Assembly (NCBI RefSeq): GCF_009914755.1
Contig: NC_060934.1
Strand: one strand, 5' to 3'
Source of the DNA: the human T2T-CHM13v2.0 reference genome, Homo sapiens
Length of the DNA: 64,000 bases
Both the position numbers and the translations under genes were made by a program. This document shows, in pieces, positions 23,441 to 44,309 of this stretch (positions are counted from its first letter, which is position 1; the number at the start of each line of letters is the position of its first letter). Below the pieces are notes generated by a model. That model saw only the letters and a list, made by a program, of their open reading frames with translations. It made no database searches and was not told the DNA's origin.

Positions 23441-23998
23441 ACACATAACTGTACAGCTTGATGAGTTTTCACAAACCACATACACCCATGTAACCAGCAC
23501 CTAAATTGAGAAACAGACCAGTTCTCTAGAAACCTCCCTTACGTCTCCTTTTAGTCAATACTCTTACCGTCTCCTGACTTCCAACATCATTCTTTTCTTT
23601 TGTTTGATTTCACTGCATAGTTAGATCCTTAGCACTGTGTGTCTGAACTCATTGCTAATAGCTTAAGTAGCTCCGCATCCCCACTCCTCTTGCCTGAACT
23701 GTTCTCCATCTGCCTGTGACTGCCAGATCAAGGCAGCAGCATGGTGTGGTGGTTTAAGAGTGTGGCCTCCTGACCCAGATAGCCTGCATTCATATTGGCT
23801 CTGCCAGTTACTGCCTTCTTGGGCAACATGTACATCCATTTGCTCAGCTATAAAGCAGGGATAATAGTAACCGCATGAAGTTATCGAGAGGTGAATTAAT
23901 ACCTGTAAAACACTTAGAATGTGCCTGGTACGCAGTAAGTACTATGTTTTACCTGCAATCATTATCATTATTCAGTCTTTAAAAACTTTATATGGATT

Positions 23999-24350
<352 letters not shown>

Positions 24351-25471
24351 TCAATGACAGACCCTACTTAACAGCAAAACTGTATTAGGAAATGTCTTGC
24401 TCGTCCCTGAATCAGATATGCAGCCTCAGCTGACATGATGACATTTGGAGGCATTATCTTACTCACACGGAAAATCAGTAATATTGATACAAATAAAATT
24501 ACCTCGTTTTGTACATCATATTATATAGCTGAAAACATTCAGTTCAGGTGTGGCTCCTTGGTTTTTTGTAGTTGATTTATGTAGTTGCCTGTGAAGTCTT
24601 AGGCAAATCAAACCCTATTCTAAGTCCGGTAGAGCCTATGCAGTTTAGTGGGACCTTGTAGTAAATCCTTTAATAAGGTGAAGAATCTTTCTATAGTGTA
24701 AGTAATTGCCCCTTATTGTAAATATTTTGTAAGATTGGGTGTAGGTCTATCAGGTTTTCTCAGAGCAGATCACTCAGCTGCTGCTGCAGAGCACCTCCTT
24801 TGTGACTTGTAGGCATTACTCTACCCCTGTGTGGTTACACGCTACAAGAGTTACATGCATATGTACTGTACAGAACGTGTGTCATTTATGTTTGATGTGT
24901 ACACAGATATACCTGCCTACGTACATAGTGTTGTAATTCTGTTTGATGGTCTTGCCTCACTTGTGCTGTCCACCTTAAACTTAGTGAGTTTATGGGGAGC
25001 ACTCCACCCACCCATTTGCACGTGAGAACATGCTCAGCAGTGTAATCAAGCAAGTGAACTGTTTAGACCTGCTTTTCCAGATCTAAGTGACATCCGCAGT
25101 CCTACAACCCAGCCTTGGAAATAGCATCAAGGCAGTGGGAGGCGAATGAAAGGGGAACGATGAGGCTCCGGTGGGTGTGGGGGCGGGGGTGGAGATGCCC
25201 ACAGCCAGCCATGGAGCTGTATGAGGCAGCCTTGGAAGCCTGCTCTGAAGCATGACTCAGATGGCTTCTATAACAGCCCTGACCTGCTGGCAGACAGCTA
25301 CCCTCTGGGAGGTTTGCGCAGAGGTGGAAGCTGAGCTGGAGAGAAAAGGAAGTAGAAATGGGAGAGATCTGAGAATGAAGAGCATCCAGAGGCAGTGAAG
25401 GCTTCCAGATATGGCTAGATATAGACAGATTAGGGTGATTTAGTTAGGATTCTTCTAGTTATAAGAAAATG

Positions 25472-27525
<2,054 letters not shown>

Positions 27526-27879
27526 GCTTTAAACTTTGGACATTTCTACATCAGTTCTGGGGTAGGACACAGATTAGTTCTGTCTGGCCATGTGACCACC
27601 TTGGTTGGTGGCAGTGGTCCAGATGGACCACCAGGATTTACGTTGAAAGTCTTCCCTCTGCTCATCACTTCCAAGCACATGGAATAGGAGGGAAGTCCTC
27701 TAAAGCAAAGGCTAACCACCAGCAGAAGAATAGCACGGCTTTGCATAGGCAAAATCAGTTGCTGCCACGGGACTGGAGGGACATGTCTTACCTCAGTAAT
27801 CATGGTGTACAGTTAACACTTGGAAGTCAGATTATTAGAGGAGATGTCGATGGAGCGGGCACTTTCTGTTCTGTCTTGT

Positions 27880-28310
27880 ATGTGTTGGGATGGTTTTGAC
27901 TACAAGTAATAGAACACCCTGACCAGAGTGGCCTAACAATAAGGGCACTTACCTTACATGGCAAGCCATCTGGAGGAGGGGCAATTCCAGGGTTGGCTGC
28001 CATCTGTTCAGCGATGTTCTCAAGGACCTGAGTTGTTCTTAACTTCTCTGCCTTCCTTAGCACTTGGCTTGTCTTTTTAAATTGGTTTCCTCATATTCCA
28101 GAGATGGCTGCCATGATCCTAGCGTCCTGATCACCCTTGACAGAGTCTACAGGCAGTAAGAGAGACATTTCTGTCCTATGTCCTTTAAAGATGAACCAAA
28201 ACCTCCACAGAACCGCCCTCATTGGTGTCCCCTTTGCATCTCATTGGCTAGAGTTAGGTCAAGGATGATATTGGCTGGGAATGGGCCTGGCTCGCAGAAG
28301 GGAATGGCCA
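27880..28310 (-). mobile_element. Old MLT1-type LTR
   Basis: ttttgactacaagtaatagaacaccctgaccagagtggcctaa...agatggctgcc...ctcattggctagag. Confidence 0.5.
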
Positions 28311-29109
28311 GGAAAAGGCAGAAAACCAAAATTGGGGTTCTGTTAGTAAGGAGGGGAATGCCCATCGTGTGGGCAAAACACTCCCCACCTAAGAAGCCCC
28401 AGCCCTGCCTGGGATCAGAGGAACCTTGCCTATTGATCAGGACACTGGGCCTGGGAAGAGAATGTTCCAGTCACGAGGACAGGATGGCTGTCATTTCACC
28501 TGCTATGGCAGATTTACAAACAAATCTAGCCTGTGGCATGAGTCGTTTGGAAAGTTTTGCAATAAATGTATCAGTAACTTCACCAGTAGACACATCCATG
28601 TCTGTCTGTCCTACTTTGCAGCCAGTTTTTCTTACTTCCCTGTTCCCCTTTCATTTTACGATCAGTTTATTCTTTTCAGATTGCCAGTTACTCTTCCCCT
28701 GCCCCCCATCCTCTGGGTTTCATTAGAAAGAAACCATTCCCCAACTCAACAGGGCTTGATTTCTGAACTGTGCTTTAGAATTCTGCTGGAGAGGCTATCT
28801 GCTCTCAGTTCTGCCATTGGTAGGCTTTAACCACAAATTCCAAGGCAATTTCATTTGCGTTTTTAGGAAAAACGTATCTCCCCAACCTTGTAACTGACAC
28901 TGGAAATTGAAGTGCCTTCACTTGCTGCTGTTTAATGGCAACCTCATGACATGTGCTCAGTTGGCTCGATTTGTGAGTGGCTCGATTTCTGAGTGCTGGG
29001 ATGGCACTGCATGAGTAGGGATCTCTCCCAGGCCATCAGAGCTCATGGCTGATCCAACCCTGTGGTACTGACAGACTCTAATGCTAACAGAGATTTTTTT
29101 TTGTTTTCA

Positions 29110-31956
<2,847 letters not shown>

Positions 31957-33355
31957 TTATTTAACCTGTGCGGTGGGTAGCGTGGTGAGGAAGATACTGG
32001 TTCATATTGCCCCTTTTCAGATGAGGCGATAGGGAGGTGATGGGCCCTGGAGAACTTCCTATAGCTGCTGAGTGGCAAGAGCAAGCCTCCAGGGACAGTC
32101 TAACCAGCCTGCTCTGCGTGCTCCAGCCTCTCAGCCGCCAAGGGTCCATTTTAGATGAAGAGAGAGGACTTGGGGAAAAGGAGCTTTTTCATCAGTTATA
32201 TTTATTTTATTTAAGTGCCTGCGACATACCAGAGGCTCTGTCAAATGCTAGGTAAGCTGTGTGGAACAAACTTTCCACTGCCGTTAGCTAGTAGAGACAG
32301 ACATTGAAAAAATAAGCAAATAAATATTTGATTCCATAAGATCACTAAAAGGGAAAGGTGAGGAACTGAAAGAAGGCTTATGTAGCTGGAGGGAGGTGAG
32401 GGAGAGGCGAGGGCTCAGGAAAAGCTGGAGGCCTGGCAAGAATAGGAAAGTGCTGGGCTTGAGGCAAGTCATGGTGCATTTGCCTCAATAGAGTCTTGAT
32501 TCTAAGGGTAATGGAAAGCTACGAAAGCATGTTAAGGGCTGGGTGTGGTGGCTTATACGTGTACTCCCAGATACTTGGGAGGTTGAGTGGGGAGGATAGA
32601 TTGAGTCCGGGAGGTTGAGGCTGCAGTGAGCCAGGATCATGCCACTGCAGTGAGCCAGGATCATGCCACTGCACTCCAGCCTAGGCAACAGAGCAAGACC
32701 CTGCCTCAAAAAACAAAAAAAGAAAAGAAAATGAAAGCATGTTAAGGAGGAAGGTGAAATGGCCAGTTTGGGGAGTGAAGTCCTTTTTTTTTTTTTGTTA
32801 AATTAAGATGTACTTGGATTTGAAGTATTTGAGACTCTAGCTGCATTTTGAGAGTGGCTCTTACGCAGAAGGGACAGGGGCTGCTGCAGCAGTTGGAGCG
32901 CAGCCCTCAGGGTCATGGATACTTCTCAGCTCTGCCATTCCAGTCCCTGGGGTCTTGAACTCAGCAGAATCCTGTCTCAAGCCTGCTCTATCCTGAGGCT
33001 CTCCAGCCTAAGAAGGGGACCCTCTTATCTTGGGGGTGTTAGCAGCCTCAGCATTGCTGTGCTCAGCAGCACACCACAGGGCTGTCTTCTCAGATCCAAG
33101 AGGGAGATCAGGCTTTGCCTCCTCTTCCCTGCCCTGCAGGTGAGTAAAGGAAGTCAGGAAGGTTGAGTGAGGAGTTCAGAGTACGTCCCCAGGTAAGATG
33201 TTACTAGGCTGCAGGCAGCTTCTCATCTACAGCTCACCTGGCTTTCTTCTCTCATGTCCCAAATGTATGTGGTCTTAATATCTTTTCCTCAGGTAAAGCT
33301 TTCTGGAAAGAGGTGCTCCATCATTACCAATGAGAGCTGTCAAGCTGTATCTCTC

Positions 33356-33643
33356 TTTTTTGGAGACAGAGTCTCACTCTGTCACCCAAGCTGGAGTGCA
33401 GTGGTGTGATCTCGGCTTACTGCAGCCTCCACCTCCTAGGTTCATACTGTTCTCATGCCTCAGATTCCTGAGTAGCTGGGATTACAGGCGTGCACCACCA
33501 CACCCGGCTAATTTTTGTATTTTTAGTAGAGATGAGGTTTCGCCATGTTGGCCACGCTGGTCTCCAACTCTTGGGGTCAAGTGATCCACCCGCCTTGGCC
33601 TCCCAAAGTACTGGGGTTACAAGCATGAGCCGTCGCACCCAAC
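33356..33643 (-). mobile_element. Alu
   Basis: Antisense dimer flanked by tcaagct on both sides. Confidence 0.85.
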
Positions 33644-34054
33644 CTCAAGCTCTCGTTTCCTGGTTTCGCTAAGCTGCCTATTGCCCCAGTCAGCTAACTA
33701 AAGCCAAATGGAGCTGCCTGGTTATATTCATATCATTTTTCTCCCTCACACTCTTTTTAATTTTCCTGACATTTTCTTTGCCTCAACCTGATTCATCCTC
33801 TTTTCTGGTTGCTGTGGATCTGTGAAATATTTTCACTTTTATCAGTTAGTAATACTGACCAACTATAAGACAAAACAACTCTTGATTTCTCTGCACTTTC
33901 CTAAGATTTTAGATTAATAGTTGAAAGATTGTGTTCCTACTGCACTGAAGAAAAACAGGTCAGTCCCTCAGAAATGAGTTTGTGCCCTAAAATTTAAGTG
34001 ATTTAGCCAATATATAAATCTGGGTATTTTTAGGGAAAACTTAAACCCTGAGAG

Positions 34055-34271
34055 CAGAGGTTGGCAAGTACAGCCTGCAGGCCAAATCCTGATAATCACC
34101 TGTTTTTATAAGTAAAATTATATTGGAACATAGCCATACCCATCATGGATTACCTGGGCTTCTTTTGTGCCACAGCAGTGGAGTTGACTAGTTGTAACAA
34201 GAATGATATGGCCCTCAAAGCCTGAAATATTTTATCTCTGGCCGTTCACTGCAAAAGTCGGCCGACAACTG
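34055..34271 (+). mobile_element. MER58A-like hAT-Charlie MITE
   Basis: cagaggttggcaag...gccaaatcc...ttggaacatagcca...aaagcctgaaatattt...gccgacaactg, with 8-bp TSD cctgagag / acttagag. Confidence 0.8.
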
Positions 34272-34500
34272 ACTTAGAGAATGTTTTCCACTTCTGAATA
34301 ACAACTCAGGTGGAGAGGTAGCCATCTCTGTGAGATTTCAGAGGTCCCGAGAAATGAGTTGCCTTAGCTGGGTCCTGTGCTCTGTGGCCTGTGGTAGAGG
34401 AATCAATTACAGTACCTAGAGTTTGTTGGGGTTGGGGGGTATGCATCTCCTGCTGTGTTGCTGAAGGATTTTCTTTAGCAAGTTCCTTTAGCTTCTATAG

Positions 34501-34857
<357 letters not shown>

Positions 34858-35358
34858 GAAAGCATTTATTTGATACAGGCATTCAGCTAGGATAATTCAC
34901 CCTCGGACAAGGTCTCTCATCTCTGGACCCCTGTGGAGTTTTAATTGGTTGGCTCTTTCAGCGGAATGTGGCCCTTTTGTCTCTAGCACTTGCAATTCAG
35001 GGATGCTTTCTGCAGAGGGCAGTGAAGCCCACTGGCAAGCAGAGATTGCCGCTGGAGAGTTAGGACAGTAGAACTAGCATCTCTGCAGGAGGTAAAGCAC
35101 TTTGATGACTGGAAACTGCTCATGATAGAGTGTTCAGCGAAGAGGGCTGGAAAAGAACATGGCTGAGAGCAGGAATCCAAATGGCAGGTTGCCTGGGTTC
35201 AAATCCTAGTTGGGCCATGTAGGACCAAAATTGAACATCTCTAACAGTTGGTTACTTCATCTGTGAAACACAGGTAATAGTAATATCTACTTCATAATAT
35301 AGGTAGTGTTCCTAATGCAGACCCTAGCATTATACATAGAAACAATCAATATTATTTA

Positions 35359-36325
<967 letters not shown>

Positions 36326-37569
36326 CAAAACCTGTCAAGAAAAAAAAAGGCCAGGGCAGTGGCTTTCTTACTCAGTTTCTTCATAGCTCTCTCAGTGGAA
36401 AATGACTGGCACCCGTAAGCCATACACAGTACTGCTTGAGATTCCCTGGGAGTGGGTCTCCACCGCCAGGCCTGTCTTCTTGCCTTGCAGGGCAGACATG
36501 AGGACAAGCTTGTTGTTTAGGTTCTTCCCAGGACTCAAGGACCAAGAGAACAGAATGGCCCTCCCTCGAGGGTTCTGATGAGGTTCAAGCAGCATTTCTG
36601 ACTCCTCACAGAGCCCTCTCTCTGGACAGATGACAGTTGGAGCTTGAGCCAGGGGAGGAAGAGAAAAGGGAGGGAATTCGGGTGCTTTTAAAGAGGGATT
36701 GCAGCACACCCAGGCAGTGGATTGTTGTTTTGCTGGCATGCAGCAGGTAGACTCTGAAACAGCAGTGGGGGTCCTTCTCTGCCTTGTCCTGCTTGGCCCA
36801 GTGGAAGCTGCATACCTGGGGCACTGTGCTGGGCAGGGAACACATCTCTGGGAGAGGCTATAGCCCAATATCCCCTAGCCCCAGGCCTAGCTCCAGCAGC
36901 CTATGTTTGGCTTTGAAGATTTAGGAAGAACAGGACACTATCAACCTCCTGGGCCAACCGGGCATGTCTAGGTCCTCCTGTATTGAGTACCGTGGTGATC
37001 TGAACACAGGAAAACCTTGTCCTTTGCTTCTCTTTACTGGGCCACTCACATCACACATTCATTGTCTTCTGTCCTTGGCTGGTACACTTTTATTCCCCCA
37101 AACAAATATAACATTATTGTTTTCCCTAATTACAAAAAGGACATTAAAAAAATCCAGGCAACACTGAAAACATAAAGAAACCTTGTCGCAGAACAATGGG
37201 TAGAGTGGAGTTTCATTTTTACTTAAAAAAAAAAAAAAGTATGACTTTGATTATACATGCTGAAAAGAAAGTCTTAAAGACTGCATATCAGATGTTAACA
37301 GCAAATGTTAATAGCTGAGAAATGGGACTGATGGGAAAAGAGATTTTCATGTTTTACTTTATACATTTCTTTGTTGTTTGACTCTCTTATAATAAGCCTA
37401 TGTTACTTTGTAACTTAAATAAATATATGTTGAAAACAAAAATAAATATTATGCTGCTGAGACAGCCATTTTTATTTGGTTACTATCCTTCTAGATATGT
37501 CTCTATACAAAAAATAGGCAGTTTTACTAAGTACTGTATATATTAACATGCTTTATTCACACAGCATCA

Positions 37570-37980
<411 letters not shown>

Positions 37981-39197
37981 CTCTATAGCAGTGCTTGTAA
38001 TTGTATGGCATTTCATTGTATGATACTAACATAACAGGCCCCTCTAGGATAAATAGACCCCTCTGGATGAACTTGCAGATAGTTTCCAGTTTTCCCTATT
38101 TTAAACAACACTATAAGATTGTTGCCCATATATGAACATCTTGGCAACTGCGTCCAATTATCTCAGGATCAGTTTCTAAAGTGGGATTGTGGGTCACAAG
38201 GTCCGCAGATTTTACAGTTTGGCACATATGCCCAGCTCTCCTTTTGAAGGTGATTCCACTAGGCAGGGTGGCCCCTGCCGCGGCTGCCACTGTGTTCTCA
38301 CCTGTAGTCATGGCCATTTGGCAGTCCAGGCACTGAGGAAGCACTGTGTAGTCTTTCAAGTCCGTAAAATAAGACACAGGACTCTTCCCACTCTTGATAG
38401 CTTTAAAGCTGGCCGTATTCCAACATTAAGGAAGTTCTTTGAGGCTGGAGGCCCACAGGCTACTCAGACTCTGTGGCTCTTGGAAAGCCCTGCACTACCT
38501 GAGTTCACCCTCACAACTCAGTCCCTTCTCTATCTCTCCAAGCAGGTAGAAATGTCCTGGAAGAGTCTGGCCTGAACACCAAAAGGGTTCACTAATGATT
38601 TATTGCTATCTCTTCCTATAATCAAATCACCCAAAATTGGTTATCTAAACCCCTTTCCTGTATCTGATTGGTAGGGAAACTTTGAAATTTGGGCAGGTAC
38701 ATAGACGGCTGAGGGGCTGTTCTTTATACAGATACTCAGAGGTAAGTGCCTGCCTCATGTCCGTCTCTGACCCAACAGCCCCTTCTGGGTGCAACATTCA
38801 ACAAGGGATTTAAACCAATCAGAGTGTGTCCAGAGAATGGTGGCATTCAAACTGGCAAAACCTTTCAAAACTGTCCATCTATGAGGAATGACTATAAAAG
38901 TGAGGTAACTGGAAATATTCTAGTTTGAAGACGAAAAGACTTTGAGATGGAATATGTAGGGAGTTGAACTATGACCCACAACAGGTATTTAAAAATAGCT
39001 GAGGTCTTCCCATATGGAAAAGGGATTTGACTTTTTGTTACTCAGAATAGAGAGCTAGAAAGCTGTTAACTCTTCATTGGGATGTAGAAGAATTTCCAAA
39101 TGTGGATAGGCACTGGGAGGCAGTAAACTCACCATCCCTGAAGTTTTCCTAGTCGTCTGGGCAGTTGCTGGCCCAGGCGCTTGTAGAGGGGATTTAA

Positions 39198-39461
<264 letters not shown>

Positions 39462-40393
39462 TGACCAGGCTGGTCTCGAACTCCTGACTTTGTGATCCGC
39501 CTGCCTCGGTCTCCCAAAGGAGACCATTTATTAATGCTGGGGTTTTTTTAGTTTTTTGTTTGTTTGTTTTCTAATCGGTATTTTTGTGACCCCTTCTTCT
39601 GTGTTCCAGTCTGGTTTCTTGCAAACAAGTCCTTCCCCCTTCCTCTTCTCGATGCTTCCCAGGTCCTCCAGGTCTGACCCAGCTGGGTGACTTCTGAGAA
39701 CATCCATAAGTACTATAGCTGTGCTTCTTGGTGTAAACTAAGGCAGGAAGAAGGGAGTTAGTTTCCTAAGCTGAAAATTAGAATCGTGGCTCCTCGAAGA
39801 AAACATCTGCTCTTCCTATGTGGGTGGATTCTATGTCTGTGTCTCAGTTCTACTGGATCCTTCTGTCTTCATTTCTTTTTGTGTAAATAGTGGCCATATT
39901 TTCCAGTGGTCAGATCTTTCAAATGAATAGCAACTGTTTAATTTGTACAGTATTTTCAGTACACAAGGCAATTTTTACATATTTTGTTTTCTTGGATTCT
40001 AAAAAAAAAACCAAAACCTTCAAGGTGTACAGTATATCATCACATCATGTTTTGGTAGGTGAAAAAACAGATGCAGAGAAGTTAAGTGGCTTCTTCAAGG
40101 TTACACAGTAAGAAAATCGTATCAGAGAATAAAGCTAAGAGAGGAGACTCTTAACTAGAGGATCTGATTTTGTCTTGAACAGGAGGGTATACATAATACA
40201 TTTTGGGTGACTATTTGCACCCATGACCTGATAGAAGAAAAATAGTCAGTACTAATAAGTAACGGTTTCACCTTACACTAAGATGGCCAGTGACTGAGCT
40301 AAAGAGAAGTTAGTGTTTCATTAATTTATCTTTTTTTGGGTTGCTGGGGATGAGGCCAACCAAAATTCTCTCTGGGTTAAAAGTTGATGTTTA

Positions 40394-40740
<347 letters not shown>

Positions 40741-41103
40741 TTAAAACCCAATTTCTGTGTGTCTCAAGTTTGGACACAGCTTATCTCTAGGTCCTCTGGC
40801 CAGGGCCTTGCAAGGCTACAATTAAGGTGTTTACCATGCTGCATTCTTTTCTTTTCTTTTTTTTCCTTGTTCATATACAGGCTGCATTCTTATTTGAGGC
40901 TCCCCTGGAGAAGAATATGCCTCCAAGTTCCGTCAGGTTGTTGACAGAATTCCTTTCCTTGCAACTTTAGGATTCAAGGCAGCTTGCTTCTTTAAAGCAG
41001 CAATGGAGGAAGAGTCTGACGTTTGTGTAGGGGTACAGTTCCCTTTTAAAGGGCTTTTACCTGTTTCAGTCAAGTCCACCCAGGAGAATCTCTTTTTTTC
41101 TGA

Positions 41104-41331
<228 letters not shown>

Positions 41332-41428
41332 TGATCCGTCTGCCTCGGCCTCCCAAAGTGCTGGGATTACAGGTGTGAGCCACCGTGACCGGCCTCTCCC
41401 CTTTTTCTTTCTTTTTTTTTTTTTTTGA

Positions 41429-41536
<108 letters not shown>

Positions 41537-41710
41537 TAGCTGGGATTACAGGCACCTGCCACCACACCCGGCTACTTTTTGTATTTTTAGTACAGATGGG
41601 GTTTTGCCATCTTGCCCAGGCTGATCTTGAACCCCTGACCTCGTGATCCACCCTCCTTGGCCTCCCAAACTGCTGAGATTACAGGTGTGAGTGAGCCACC
41701 ATGCCCAGCC

Positions 41711-42259
41711 TTTTTTTTGTTGTTGTTATGGTGAAAAGATATACATATATTTAGAATTACCCAGCTGGACTCAGTTTAAATGATCCCAATTTTGTTGGCA
41801 ACATCCAAAGCATCGTAATCAGGAGCCAGTCCAACATATGCCTTCTTCTCTCCATCACGCTGAATCAGGGTGTTGACCTTGGTCACATCAGTGTCATAGA
41901 GCTTCTTCACAGCCTATTTGATCTGGTGCTTGTTGGCTTTAACATCCACAGTGAACACAAGTGTGTTGTTGTCTTCTATCTTCTTCATGGCAGACTCAGT
42001 GGTCAGTGGAAACTTGATGATAGCATAGTGGTCAAGCTTGTTCTCCGGGGTTGGTCTTCTGAGGGTACTTGGGCTGCCTCCAGAATCGCAGTGTCTTGGG
42101 CCGCTGGAAGGTAGGTGACGTGCGGATCTTCTTTTTTTTGTGGCTGTGGACACCTTTCAACACTGCCTTCTTGGCCTTCAAAGCCTTTGCTTTGGCTTCG
42201 GCTTTAGGAGGAGCAGGAGCTTCCTTCTTTGCTTTCGGCACCGTCTTGTGAAAAGGGCC
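41711..42259 (-). pseudogene. RPL23AP58: Full-length RPL23A processed pseudogene, antisense in SUFU intron 3
   Basis: Minus strand reads 5'TOP CCCTTTTCACAAG, then ATG mutated to ACG (42244-42242), then [44 protein letters not shown]. There is a net 2-nt loss near 42045 and a premature TAG at 41914-16. It ends ...VANKIGII with TAA at 41776-78, followed by the 3'UTR and a poly(A) remnant. Intronless. The RPL23A parent is clear; the pseudogene number is from memory and unverified. Confidence 0.93.
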
Positions 42260-42291
42260 TCCATTTTAATTAACACAAAATCATCTACTTT

Positions 42292-43035
42292 GGCCTCACA
42301 GCCGTTAGAATGGCTACTATCAAAAAAAGAAAAAACAAAACAAAACAGAAAATAGTATGTTAGCAAGCATGTGAAGAAATTGGCACCCTTGTACACTGTT
42401 GATAGGAATGTAAAATGGTGCAGCTGCTGTGGAAAATGGTCTGGTGCTTCTTCAGAAAGTTCAAAATGGAATTACTGTATGATCCAGCAATCTCACCTCT
42501 GGGTATGTGTCCAAAAGAATTGAAAGCAGGGACTTGAACAGATATTTGTGCACCAGTTTTCATAGCATCCAAAAAGTGGAAGTAACTCAAGTGTCCATCA
42601 ACAGATGAATGGGTAAACAAAGTATGGTATATACATATAATGGAATATTACTCAGCCTTAATAAAAGGAAGGAAATTCTGCCACATGCTGCAGGCTACAA
42701 CATGGATGAACCCAGGAGACATTATGGCAAGTGAAATAAGCCAGACACAAAAAGACAAATATTGTATGATTCCACTTACATAAGGTACTTAGAGTAGTTA
42801 GGTTCATAGAGACAGAAGGCAAAATGTTGGTTTCCAGGGGTTGGAAGCAGTGGAATGGGGAGTTACTGTTTACTGTATAGAGTTTCAGTTGGGGAAGATG
42901 AAAAAAAGTCCTGGAAATGGAAGCTTCTTATGGTTGCACAACAATATGAATGTACTTAATGCCACTTAAAAATGGCTAAATTGGTGAATTTTATGTTGAT
43001 GTATTTTACTACAACTAAAACTGAAAAAAAAATTA
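42292..43035 (+). mobile_element. L1MB-type 3' fragment (sense)
   Basis: gttagaatggctactatcaaaaaa, ggaatgtaaaatggtgcagctgctgtggaaaa, agtgaaataagccagacacaaaa. Confidence 0.8.
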
Positions 43036-43964
43036 ATAAATGATTTGGGATGTTACTTTACATCTTTAAAATATCTTTACTTTTGCCATATTCTGTTAGC
43101 AAGAAGCAAGTTATAGGTCTCGCCCACACTTGGGGGAAAGTATTAGACAGGGCTTGAGTACCAAGGGGATTGGGGACCATGGGGGCACCTTAGAGTCTGT
43201 CTGCCACATTTCCTAAAACTCAGAAGCAAAATAAAACAAGTGAAATTCACAGCATACCAAATTGGTGTCAAAACAATATACAGAGATCTTAAACTATAGT
43301 AATTTGTCTGTATATCCCTAATATATACACAAAGACAGAAAAAACTGTTTTCAGTAATCATGTTGTTAATAAAAATATTGACTTTAACCTAAAACTAGTA
43401 TATGGATATAATAGGATAAAGCAAATAAGTAATTATGTTAGAAAGCAAGATGTTCAGCATAAGATTAGAAAGATACAAATATATGGCCAGGCGTTGTGGC
43501 TCACATTTGTAGTGCCAGCTGTTTGAGAGGCTAAGACGAGAGGATTGCTTGAGCCCAGGAATTTGAGCCTGCAGTGAGCTATAATTGTGCCACTACACTC
43601 TAGCCTGAGTGACACAGTGAGACCTTGTCTCTAAAACAGTAATAAAATAAATAAAAGATACAAATATAAAATCAAATAAGTAAAAATGTTATATTCTTAA
43701 ATTTGGATTCTAATTAGCAAGATGAACAAAAGATGTGTTTTCTCTTTCTTTTAAAAAAAATGTATTTTATCTTCGTCACTAAAAAAGCCTTGAAACAGGC
43801 CGGGCACAGTGGCTCCTGTAATCCCAGCACTTTGGGAGGCCAAGGCAGGCGGATCATGAGGTCAGGAGTTCAAGACCAGCCTAGCCAATATGGTGAAACC
43901 CTGTCTGTACTAAAAATACAAAAAATTAGCCCGGCATGGTGGCATGCACCTGTAGTCCCAGCTA

Positions 43965-44115
<151 letters not shown>

Positions 44116-44309
44116 TTAGCTACTCGGGAAGCTGAGGTGGAAGGATTGCTTGAGCCTAGGAGGTTAAGGCTACAGTGAGCCATAATGGTGCCACCACACT
44201 CCAGCCTGGGAAACAGAGCAAGACCTTGTCTCAAAATTTTTTTAAAAAGCTAGCCTGGTTGAAAATGCCAGTGGTGCCATTTTAGTTGCCAGCCAAGGAT
44301 GGCTCCTAA

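Noticed and set aside
28178-28830. Overlapping 182-aa and 134-aa non-Alu ORFs
   Set aside because: No recognisable domain, partly LTR-derived, and no splice or promoter support; lengths are compatible with chance.
41914-42396. ORFs with RPL23A peptide similarity as a functional retrogene
   Set aside because: The start codon is mutated to ACG, and there is a frameshift and a premature TAG.
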